NCBI GenBank assembly: GCA_040225955.1
Contig: JBECUL010000008.1
Coordinates: forward strand, 1 to 56,744
DNA length: 56,744 bases
Origin: Candidatus Asgardarchaeum abyssi
GTDB lineage: Archaea; Asgardarchaeota; Asgardarchaeia; Asgardarchaeales; Asgardarchaeaceae
Reading direction: 5' to 3'
This document shows positions 48,252 through 56,744 of the stretch, piece after piece. Position 1 is the stretch's first letter, and each line of letters starts with the position of its first letter. The notes under the pieces are model-generated. The model was not told the DNA's origin. It did no database searches and saw nothing but the letters and a program-made list of their open reading frames with translations. A program made the translations under genes and the position numbers.

Positions 48252-48656
48252 TTATATTCCTCCTCGAATCCTCACAATTCTCCTCTGATCCATTACAGTC
48301 CAATATTCTACTTGTATTCCTGATTCTAATTTTTCTTTAACTTCTTCATCCTCAGGGTAGGGTACCTCGAAAATTTCATTAGTTTCCAAATCCATTATCT
48401 GAACACTATCTGGTAATTTTGCGGTAACAATTGCTGTTCTTTTTTCAATTATTGGCACCTCTACTTTTGCATCTGTTGGTACCACAAACCCTCTTTTACT
48501 ATTATCGAATATTCCTATCGCAACAACTCTAACTTTTGCTGAGCCATGTTTTCCAGGTTTTGACTTTTCAACGCTTATAACTCGGCACGCTACACCGTCA
48601 ATAATTACATAACTACCTTTCTTTAATTCACCAGCTTCTACTATTTTGACAGACAT
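48252..48656 (-). CDS. eif5a: Translation factor aIF-5A
   Basis: KPGKHGSAK hypusine motif. Confidence 0.97.
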   Translation of the reverse strand: MSVKIVEAGELKKGSYVIIDGVACRVISVEKSKPGKHGSAKVRVVAIGIFDNSKRGFVVPTDAKVEVPIIEKRTAIVTAKLPDSVQIMDLETNEIFEVPYPEDEEVKEKLESGIQVEYWTVMDQRRIVRIRGGI

Positions 48657-48794
48657 TAAGACACCTCATAAGTTATTATGAGTTCATAATAGTTGATGTA
48701 TTTTTAGATAGACACTATATATTCTTTTTTATAACATTAGAGAATTTGTAGTCTTTTAAAAACATATTCTTATTTTATTTTTAAAGCAAAAAAG

Positions 48795-50975
48795 GTGTTG
48801 TTATTGGCTAAAAATAAGTTGATTCTTAAAACTACCTTAATAAGCGTATTTATAATGTTGATAATATTCTTACTGTTATCAATGTCAAATAAAAATAATG
48901 TTCAGAATGTAATGGCATTAGAAAGTTCAATTATTAGAACTAATAGAGGTAAAACTATTTTACTTTATGCTACGCTTGTTGATAATGATGGTTTACCAAT
49001 TCCAAATCAAACAATTAAATTTTTTGACGAAACAAATAATATTTTTTTAGGAGAGAATATTACGAATTCAGAAGGGGTTGCAATTCTTTATTGGACAATT
49101 CCTAGAAATTATTCTTTAGGTATAATAAAGATTAATGCGACATATGAGGGAAGCCTTAAAGAGTTTTATTTACCATCATCGTCTACTTATCTTATTGAAA
49201 TATTTTCTCCACTTGCTATAATTTATAATGTAACGGACTCTACTTTAGATAAAAACGACCATGTAGTAGCTCCTGGAGACGTAGTGTATGTTAGTTTTGT
49301 TATTTATGATGATAATTTAAATGTTGTTCCTAATATCACAGTAATACTTTATGATGAGGAAAATAATACCTTTTTAAAAACAAAAACCGATAATTGTGGC
49401 AAAGGTAATTTTACAATTAATATCTCAGAAGACATAAGGGAAAACGTAATTACATTTATATTGAAAACTAATGCTACTGAAAATTATTATGATGATACTA
49501 TTGTAACATTTAATATTTATGTACGAAAAATAGAAAGTAGTTTTTCACAAGTATCCGTAAACAACTTAATATGTTTTATTAATACTGTAACATGCATTTC
49601 GGGAAGGCTTATAGATGAGGTTGGGAATCCCATTAATAATGCTTTTATATATTTAAGAAATGATTTTAATGACAATTTACTCATAAACAAGACTAACACT
49701 AATGGTTATTTTGAATTTGATTTTAATATCTCCTCTTTCTTCACAACTGTTGGTGAAAAAAAGCTTGTACTTTATTACAATGGTAATGAAAAGTATAGCT
49801 CAGCGTATTATACCTTAAATATTGTGGTACGGAATAAAATTTTCATAGAGTTGAACATAGTAAATGAAACAAACATGCTCGTAGGAGAGAATCTAAGTCT
49901 TTCTTTTACCATTAAGGATTTATTATATAGGCCCCAACCAAATGTAAAAATTAAAATAAGCATGTATGATAGCTCTCAAGCTACGATTATAACTCAGTTA
50001 ACAAACAAATCAGGACATGCTTTTTGTCAATTGACTGTATTACCTCCTAAAGGGCTGCTAACTATTTTTATAACGGCTCATGTTTTAGCTAACGGTGAAT
50101 TTTATGATTGTGAGAATAACAATACAAAAATTGTAATTTATAAGTATGATTATCCTGAAGTTATTATAGAAAGACCTAATATGGACACCATTTATGCAAT
50201 TGGAGATAAAGTAAACTTTAAAATATTTATATTATATAATGGGTGCTCAATTGCAAATCAAGAGGTAATGGCTTTTAGCGGTAAAGATATGATATTTTCT
50301 GGGAAAACAGATGAAGATGGCTACTTATCATTTAACTATACTTTAGATGAGTCTTTTAAAAGAAAGTTTAACTTCGAGAATAGTACTAAAGTTATTATTT
50401 ACCCATTTAGGATCATAATAAACAATAATACAGAAGAGCTCATATATGGAAAAGAAGTGCAAACTAGAATAAGAGTAAATCTTAGATACAGATCTACGAT
50501 TTCAGTATTTACTATTGAAGAAGAGGATGAAATCTTATTAAATATATCCCTACTGAATGTATTAAATAGGTCTCTAATTCCATTCAGAGAGCTTCTTATA
50601 TACTTTAATGAAACCCCTAAGAAGTATTATACCAATGAATTAGGTTATTTAGTAGTTAATATTTCAAGAGAAGATTATAACTACACAATTGCAGTTAGAA
50701 TAATATTTAACGGTGACTCTTTTTACACAGCTGCTGAATATTTTGATATATTTGAAATTATAGAAAACAAAGATACATATAATAAATTATATAATAATAA
50801 AGAAGATAAATCAATCCCAATTTCTTATCTTATAATTTCAGTTCCTGTTTCACTAAGTATAATTTTCTATTTCTTAATTCGCAAAAGACAATTAACATAC
50901 GCGAATAGAAGCCCTATCTTTGAGTTTTATTTTATAAAAAAGAGAATATCGAGGTGGAATATATGCTGCCATTAG
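48795..50975 (+). CDS. Large membrane-anchored surface protein with Ig-like repeats
   Basis: N-terminal hydrophobic signal, repeated L.D..G.PI.N and TN..G motifs, many NxS/T sequons, C-terminal TM then RKR. Confidence 0.75.
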   Translation: MLLLAKNKLILKTTLISVFIMLIIFLLLSMSNKNNVQNVMALESSIIRTNRGKTILLYATLVDNDGLPIPNQTIKFFDETNNIFLGENITNSEGVAILYWTIPRNYSLGIIKINATYEGSLKEFYLPSSSTYLIEIFSPLAIIYNVTDSTLDKNDHVVAPGDVVYVSFVIYDDNLNVVPNITVILYDEENNTFLKTKTDNCGKGNFTINISEDIRENVITFILKTNATENYYDDTIVTFNIYVRKIESSFSQVSVNNLICFINTVTCISGRLIDEVGNPINNAFIYLRNDFNDNLLINKTNTNGYFEFDFNISSFFTTVGEKKLVLYYNGNEKYSSAYYTLNIVVRNKIFIELNIVNETNMLVGENLSLSFTIKDLLYRPQPNVKIKISMYDSSQATIITQLTNKSGHAFCQLTVLPPKGLLTIFITAHVLANGEFYDCENNNTKIVIYKYDYPEVIIERPNMDTIYAIGDKVNFKIFILYNGCSIANQEVMAFSGKDMIFSGKTDEDGYLSFNYTLDESFKRKFNFENSTKVIIYPFRIIINNNTEELIYGKEVQTRIRVNLRYRSTISVFTIEEEDEILLNISLLNVLNRSLIPFRELLIYFNETPKKYYTNELGYLVVNISREDYNYTIAVRIIFNGDSFYTAAEYFDIFEIIENKDTYNKLYNNKEDKSIPISYLIISVPVSLSIIFYFLIRKRQLTYANRSPIFEFYFIKKRISRWNICCH

Positions 50976-52771
50976 ATATTTTAGTGAAGAATATGTCTGT
51001 AAGAAGAGTTATTATTATATTCTTCTTCATATTTATTGTTATCTTATTTTTATCTTATCCTGAATCAATTATCATATCTACTGAAGAAGAGGAGTATGCA
51101 TATATTTATGATTTTTATGTATCTAACACTACAATCCCGGTTGGGGCGACTTTAAATATTTCAATGGAATATTTCCTAAATTATAATCCCGAAACTTCTG
51201 ATGGATTTGCTAGTATTATTATTACGAAAAATGGATACACACTTATGGAACGCTATAATTATGAAATGGGGCATGTCTTGTGGACGGAGAAATATATAAT
51301 AGATCCTACTACCTTTTCTCCTGGATCTAATGGAACTACTATAACCGTCAGTGGGTTTGTAACGATTATAGGTTCCTCCTATTATCAAGAGAGCAAAGAA
51401 ATAGATGTACTTATTAAACGAGCTGAGCCTATGTTAATTGAAATGAATTACTCTAATACTATCCTTTATAATCAAAGTTTCTGGATTTCAGCTATTGTTG
51501 TAAATTCCTACAATACATCATATACATTATCGAATGTCCAGCTACGTTTAATAATAAAAAATACTACGAATGATGTTTACAACTCTACAGCTGTTACTGA
51601 TGAGCAGGGGTTTTTCTATTTCTCAGACACGAGCAGTAATCTAATAGTTGGAAATTACACACTTGAAATAATATTTGAAGGAAATGAAGACTACTTGCCA
51701 TTTAATATATCCTTACCCTTAGTTGTATGTAATCGTACTTCAGATCTCAATGTTTATTTAACCAATGAAACTGTATATGCTTCAAATATGGAATATGGGT
51801 TCTTGTCTGAGATAAACATAACAGTATCCTATATCGATGTTGAATCAAATTTACCACTAAAAAATTACGCTATAGAATGCTACTTAAATGGAACATTAGT
51901 ATATTGTAAATCATCAATAGTTAGTGAAAATTATTCATTTATAATTATTGCACCAGAGACCCCTGGAAAATATATATTAGAAATTTGTGCAACTAAGCAA
52001 AATTATATATACTCAAGAAAAAAAATAGCCATCCTTGTATTGCCAAGAGAGTTATTAATATTAAATATGAGTATAAATAAAGTATATTTCCGCGGGGAAA
52101 ATACATCATATCCCATATACATAGGTATCGAAAATAAATTAAAATTCACAATAATGGATAAGCTCTCACTATGTCCCATAGTTAATACCAGTAAATTATC
52201 ATTTGAATTATCGATACTTAACTCGAACTCTAATACATGTGTAATACATGCTAAGATAATATCAAGCGGATTTTTAGCTGATAATACTACTTACTTAATG
52301 TTCTTATTACCAATAAATATCATAGCTATGAATAATGTTTCATTGCTTCTTACTGTAAGAGTTAATTCCCTATCCTATAAAGAGTTGCAAACATTATTTA
52401 AAAATCTTAATTTAACAATTTTCCAAGAGGCTCTTTATGAGCTTAGTATTAGCTCCTTAGATGTTATAAGTGGTGATTTTTTTAATGCAAGTTTAAGTTT
52501 AAACATTTTTGGAGAAACGCTAAATGATACATTATCTTTGGATATATACATAGATAATATTAGGTATCTGTCAGAGGAATTTAAGATACCCCTAAATTTG
52601 ACAATTCCAATAAATATAAATACTGAGGGTCTCACGAGAGGAGAGCATACTTTGGGTATTTCCTTATACTACATGTCAGAAAACATTAACAAATTGCTAG
52701 CAGATATCCTAGTACATTTCTATGTATGGGATTGTACGAAAACAAACTTAATGATAATAATATTAGACTAG
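50954..52771 (+). CDS. Secreted/anchored beta-rich surface protein
   Basis: N-terminal hydrophobic helix, TDEQG..GNYT..FEGN Ig-like unit, many NxS/T sequons. Confidence 0.7.
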   Translation: MEYMLPLDILVKNMSVRRVIIIFFFIFIVILFLSYPESIIISTEEEEYAYIYDFYVSNTTIPVGATLNISMEYFLNYNPETSDGFASIIITKNGYTLMERYNYEMGHVLWTEKYIIDPTTFSPGSNGTTITVSGFVTIIGSSYYQESKEIDVLIKRAEPMLIEMNYSNTILYNQSFWISAIVVNSYNTSYTLSNVQLRLIIKNTTNDVYNSTAVTDEQGFFYFSDTSSNLIVGNYTLEIIFEGNEDYLPFNISLPLVVCNRTSDLNVYLTNETVYASNMEYGFLSEINITVSYIDVESNLPLKNYAIECYLNGTLVYCKSSIVSENYSFIIIAPETPGKYILEICATKQNYIYSRKKIAILVLPRELLILNMSINKVYFRGENTSYPIYIGIENKLKFTIMDKLSLCPIVNTSKLSFELSILNSNSNTCVIHAKIISSGFLADNTTYLMFLLPINIIAMNNVSLLLTVRVNSLSYKELQTLFKNLNLTIFQEALYELSISSLDVISGDFFNASLSLNIFGETLNDTLSLDIYIDNIRYLSEEFKIPLNLTIPININTEGLTRGEHTLGISLYYMSENINKLLADILVHFYVWDCTKTNLMIIILD

Positions 52772-52928
52772 TTTTTATTTTATTCTATTTTCAGATAAAT
52801 AATTATAGCATAACTTAATTAACGAATGAGTCAGAGCACGTTATTTGTCAGCTGACCGCAAAATTTCTTAACTGCATATTTCATTTACTATATAATTATT
52901 AATATATAATTATATATATTATTATTTT

Positions 52929-54272
52929 TTATATCTTTAATTGTAAATTCTTATATAGCTTTGATAATCTTACACCTTTTTTTCCAAATCTCTTCAGCAT
53001 TGTTTTCATTTGGCGATATTGTTTTAATAATTCTTTTACATCTCTAGGTGTAGTGCCGGATCCTCTAGCAATTCGATTAACTCTAGAGCTATCAATTATT
53101 TGTGGGTTAGCTAATTCATCAAAAGTCATTGATTGAATTATGATCTTCCATTTTTTTAATTTCTCCTTTGCAATAGAATCTAAATTAGATGGTAACTTTT
53201 GCTTTATTCCCATATATTGAAGCACCTTATCCATAGGCCCAAGTTTAGAAATATTATTTATTTGTTCGTAAAAATCAACTAACGTAAATTTTCCTTTTAG
53301 CATTTTTAGAGTCTTTTCTTTTGAAACTGCTATCTTTGCTTCCTTCACTTTTTGTATAAGTTGTTCTATATCTGGTATTCCTAGTAACCTACCAACAAAT
53401 TTAGATGGGTTAAATAACTCAATGTCATCTATATGTTCACCTGTACCTATAAATGCTATTGGTGCGCCTATGGCACTAACAGCAGATAAAGCTCCACCAC
53501 CTCTTGCTGTACCATCAAGTTTTGTAACAAAAATAGTTCCTATATCTCCTGTTGTCTCTTTAAACGCTTTTGCTTGACTAAAAGCTTGCTGTCCGATTGT
53601 ACCATCAATAACTAGCATGATCTCGGATGGTTTTATCGCCTTTGCCATTTCGTGCATTTCACTCATAAGTCCTTTCTCATCTTTATGTCTACCTGCTGTG
53701 TCAATGATTATAACATCAAAATTCTGTTTTTTAAAGTAATCTATTCCATCTTTTGCAATTTCTATAGATGATATTTTTCTATCACTAAAACCATATACTG
53801 GTATATTTACTTTCTCAGCTAATTGAGAAATTTGTTGAAAGGCTCCTGCCCTGTATGTATCAGCACAAACTAAACCGACTTTAAATCCTCTTTTCTGAAA
53901 ATAGTTTGCTAGCTTCACCGCAGATGTTGTTTTCCCACTTCCCTGTATTCCAACTAACATAATAATGTATGGTCTTTTTTTTATCACGTAGTCTTTTACT
54001 TTTCCACCACCAAGTAATTTAGTTAATTCCTCGTATACTATCTTTATTATATACTCCCTCTTTGATATACTGGGAGGTAGCTCCTCCTCCAGAGCTCTTT
54101 TCTTTATTCTTTCAGATATTTCCAAGACTAATTTAACATCTACATCCGATTGAAGTAAAGCTCTTTGAATGTCCTTTACTAATGATTCTATTGCTTTCTT
54201 ATCTACTAGTATATATTTCTTTAGTTTATTAATCGCATCAACTAACATATTACTTAAAGAATCTAAAACCAT
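52929..54272 (-). CDS. srp54: Signal recognition particle protein SRP54
   Basis: GIQGSGKTT, DTAGRH, TKLDG, SRVNRIARGSG. Confidence 0.97.
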   Translation of the reverse strand: MVLDSLSNMLVDAINKLKKYILVDKKAIESLVKDIQRALLQSDVDVKLVLEISERIKKRALEEELPPSISKREYIIKIVYEELTKLLGGGKVKDYVIKKRPYIIMLVGIQGSGKTTSAVKLANYFQKRGFKVGLVCADTYRAGAFQQISQLAEKVNIPVYGFSDRKISSIEIAKDGIDYFKKQNFDVIIIDTAGRHKDEKGLMSEMHEMAKAIKPSEIMLVIDGTIGQQAFSQAKAFKETTGDIGTIFVTKLDGTARGGGALSAVSAIGAPIAFIGTGEHIDDIELFNPSKFVGRLLGIPDIEQLIQKVKEAKIAVSKEKTLKMLKGKFTLVDFYEQINNISKLGPMDKVLQYMGIKQKLPSNLDSIAKEKLKKWKIIIQSMTFDELANPQIIDSSRVNRIARGSGTTPRDVKELLKQYRQMKTMLKRFGKKGVRLSKLYKNLQLKI

Positions 54273-54454
54273 TTTTTCACCAATTGTATCTGTTAAGTTC
54301 TTTTGAAACTAATTATTTTTGCAATTTAAATTTTTATATGTTAAACAAAATTAATGACTTCTGGTTACGAATATATCATTATTAAGTGAAAAGTTAAAAT
54401 AATATATTATCTTAAAAGAAAATTGTAATATTCTTAAATTCAAAGAAAAATAAC

Positions 54455-54856
54455 ATGGGCGATTTTATGGTAATCGAAATAGATTCAAAGCTTAGAAAAA
54501 GATTAGAAAGTATACTAGAAAAAGTTGCTAGAGATATAAATCTCGAAGCTTTAGCAATATTTACAAGGGAAGGACGAAATGTTGCCTTTTGGTCTGCAGA
54601 GAAAAACGTAGATCCAGATCTGCTAAGTGCTACTTCAGCGGCTTTGCTTGCAATAGGAGATCAAACAATTAGGAAGCTTGATAAAGGGGAAATCTGGGAA
54701 GTAATTGTTAGAGGTAGTCGGGGATATGCTGTTATGACCAAGGCAGGCACAGAGCTCCTTCTTATAGGTGTAGGTATACATATAGTGAATTTAAGTATAA
54801 TTGTCAAAATTCTTCGTGAAACCGCGCGAAAATTAGGTGAGATTCTTTCAAGTTAG
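54455..54856 (+). CDS. Roadblock/LC7 domain protein
   Basis: ALAIFTREG, LSATSAALL.IG, L.KGEI.EVIVRG..GY. Confidence 0.85.
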   Translation: MGDFMVIEIDSKLRKRLESILEKVARDINLEALAIFTREGRNVAFWSAEKNVDPDLLSATSAALLAIGDQTIRKLDKGEIWEVIVRGSRGYAVMTKAGTELLLIGVGIHIVNLSIIVKILRETARKLGEILSS

Positions 54857-55639
54857 TTGAAAGGTGATATAATGTCTAATAAAAAAGAAGAATTTATTAT
54901 AATAGAGGAAGATTTGCTAGACACCACACAAAAATTTACTACATATATAGGATTGCCTGACGTAGGTTTAGTGGGTCTAATTTCTGCAGTTCACATTACT
55001 CAATCGTGGAACCTCAAAAAAATTGGATATATTGATTCATCATATTTTCCACCAGTTATGGTTATTCATAATAGAGAGCTGATGCATCCGTTCCGTATAT
55101 ATTCTAATAATAAGGATACAATAGTTATTATGTCCGAAACTGTCATCCCTCCTACAAAACTACGTGAATTATCTGAAGTTATTACAGACTGGTTACGTAA
55201 GAAAAATGTAAGTAGAGTTTTTCTTCTAGGTGGTTTACCAGTCCCAAATAGAATTGAGATTGAAGTTCCAAATATCTACGTAACATGTGTAAATGAAGAT
55301 AATATAGAGAGTATATTTAATAGTTTTAACATTAATTATCTAGAAGAAGGATATATTGCAGGGCCTTATGCAACACTTCTTGCTTCGTTGAAAAGAAAAA
55401 AAATGAGAGGGATATATATAGTTTCAGAGTGTTATAGGAATATTCCCGATCCTGGTGCTGCTGCAAGGTTGCTTGAACTAATAGAAAAAATAAGTGGAAA
55501 AAGCATTAAAATTGAGAGCTTAAAACAAGATGCAGAGGTTATTCGTCTTAAAATGAGAGATTTAATGCGAAGAACAGGAGAAGCTATGAGGCAGATGGCT
55601 AAAGTGCATGAAGGTGAATTACCTCCAATGTATACGTGA
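54857..55639 (+). CDS. Proteasome assembly chaperone family (PAC2/PbaA-like)
   Basis: GLPDVGLVG, PFRIY, PDPGAAA, C-terminal MYT (HbYX). Confidence 0.9.
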   Translation: MKGDIMSNKKEEFIIIEEDLLDTTQKFTTYIGLPDVGLVGLISAVHITQSWNLKKIGYIDSSYFPPVMVIHNRELMHPFRIYSNNKDTIVIMSETVIPPTKLRELSEVITDWLRKKNVSRVFLLGGLPVPNRIEIEVPNIYVTCVNEDNIESIFNSFNINYLEEGYIAGPYATLLASLKRKKMRGIYIVSECYRNIPDPGAAARLLELIEKISGKSIKIESLKQDAEVIRLKMRDLMRRTGEAMRQMAKVHEGELPPMYT

Positions 55640-55652
55640 GTGTAATCTAACA

Positions 55653-56192
55653 ATGATAAAAAAATTAAATGAGAAGAAGGATGAAAAATATCCTATTGCA
55701 ATACTTGATTCGTCAGCTTTTTTTGCAGGTTTTAATCCAAATTTCTTTGATGGCTTAGTAGTTATTACAGATGAAATCTTTAATGAAATTAAGAACTCAA
55801 TTCAAAAAGAAATTTTAGAGGTTGCAATTCTCTCAAAGAAGCTATTAATAAAAAGTCCAACTAAAAAAAGTCTCATAACAATAGAGAACATCGCTAAGAA
55901 ATTAGGAGAACATGAGCGATTATCTAATGCTGATAAAAGTTTATTAGCATTGGCCTTGGACGAAAGGAAAAAATATGATGAATGTAAAGTTAAAGTTTAT
56001 ACTAATGATTTCTCTATGATGAATATTCTCAAAAAACTTAAAATACCCTTTGAGCCCATTGGGCAGAGAAAAATAAAGAAAATATTACAATGGAAAAAGT
56101 TTTGTCCTTCTTGTAAAAAACTTTACTCTTCTAGTTATACAGAAGATGTATGTCCAGTTTGCGGTACAAAATTAAAAAAAATAAGTGTTTAA
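55653..56192 (+). CDS. nob1: Nob1 rRNA endonuclease (PIN plus Zn ribbon)
   Basis: LDSSAF, LSNAD, TNDF, CPSC...CPVCG; likely start ATG 55653. Confidence 0.9.
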   Translation: MIKKLNEKKDEKYPIAILDSSAFFAGFNPNFFDGLVVITDEIFNEIKNSIQKEILEVAILSKKLLIKSPTKKSLITIENIAKKLGEHERLSNADKSLLALALDERKKYDECKVKVYTNDFSMMNILKKLKIPFEPIGQRKIKKILQWKKFCPSCKKLYSSSYTEDVCPVCGTKLKKISV

Positions 56193-56744
56193 ACTTTCCT
56201 GAGTTTGGCAATAAAAAATCCCGGTGTATCATTGATGTGAGGTTCAAATCTCATAAATGCATTATTGTTAATCAAGCTCTTTGAACCAATAAAGAATCTC
56301 TTATCGATTTTTATAGGTTCTAGGTTAAGATTTTCCATAGCCCATTGAACTACATTTTCATTCTCCTCCTTAGTTATCGTACAGGTGCTATACACTAAAA
56401 TACCCCCCTTCCTTAATAACTTATATGCTGCTTTTAATATCATCTTTTGATATTGAGAATATCCATCTAACTGTCTTGTCTTCCTAAAATCAAATAATTT
56501 TGGTCTTAATCCTAAATTAGAACATGGTGGGTCTACAAGAACTTTATCGGCAAAACCATAGTTTACTTTATATTGGTAATCTAATATATTTGCAGCAATG
56601 ATTCTAATATTTTTTAATCCCAGTCTTCTCTTATGAAAAGCTAGCTCTTTTAACCTATTTTTCGACCTGTCAATTGCTATTACTAACCCTTTGTTCTCCA
56701 TTAGCTCCGCGATAGCAGTGGTTTTTCCACCTGGTGCCGCACAT
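56189..56744 (-). CDS. RsmB/NOP2-family RNA m5C methyltransferase (5' part outside window)
   Basis: CAAPGGKT at window edge, DPPCS, YSTCT..EENE, GFFIA. Confidence 0.93.
   Translation of the reverse strand, partial: CAAPGGKTTAIAELMENKGLVIAIDRSKNRLKELAFHKRRLGLKNIRIIAANILDYQYKVNYGFADKVLVDPPCSNLGLRPKLFDFRKTRQLDGYSQYQKMILKAAYKLLRKGGILVYSTCTITKEENENVVQWAMENLNLEPIKIDKRFFIGSKSLINNNAFMRFEPHINDTPGFFIAKLRKV

Noticed and set aside
52820-52880. Possible C/D-box sRNA or hairpin (GTCAGCTGAC)
   Set aside because: No convincing box C/D pair; short palindrome compatible with chance
5927-55653. Numerous antisense ORFs inside well-supported genes (e.g. 5927-6466, 27000-27473, 33583-33978)
   Set aside because: Shadow frames of AT-rich coding genes; Ser/Ile/Phe-rich with no motifs
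1-56744. CRISPR array, cas genes, rRNA, integrase/att site at tRNAs
   Set aside because: No regularly spaced repeats, rRNA-like tract, tyrosine recombinase or duplicated tRNA 3' end seen by eye

Overview
The window is a mosaic. The first ~4.5-5.1 kb looks like several unrelated ~1 kb fragments joined end to end: an archaeal-virus-like piece, a REP-associated tyrosine transposase with its hairpin repeats, a truncated DnaE, and a bacterial-looking piece with a deleted IS. From ~5.2 kb onward it is a continuous low-GC archaeal chromosome segment, most likely Asgard or TACK-related (inference from a Roadblock/LC7 gene, DUF1512, a heteromeric-type splicing endonuclease subunit and multi-intron tRNAs). 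This segment carries housekeeping genes (hisS, rpiA, pyrH, aRF1, tiaS, glyA, gcvHT, iorAB, cdc6, rpl3/4/23/2, aIF5A, srp54, nob1), five tRNAs, RNase P RNA, an ORB-defined replication origin and two copies of a 144-bp MITE. Two candidates stand out as possibly undescribed systems. (1) An origin-proximal cluster of small DNA-binding genes with a second, non-ORB motif: two 43-bp GTTAGGGGG-N25-CCCCCTAAC sites in opposite orientation, plus half-sites, one of them inside oriC. (2) A minimal Flp/Tad-like pilus locus whose operon begins with a divergent TFB paralogue that has an altered BRE-recognition helix. All calls are from visual motif recognition only; no searches were run.
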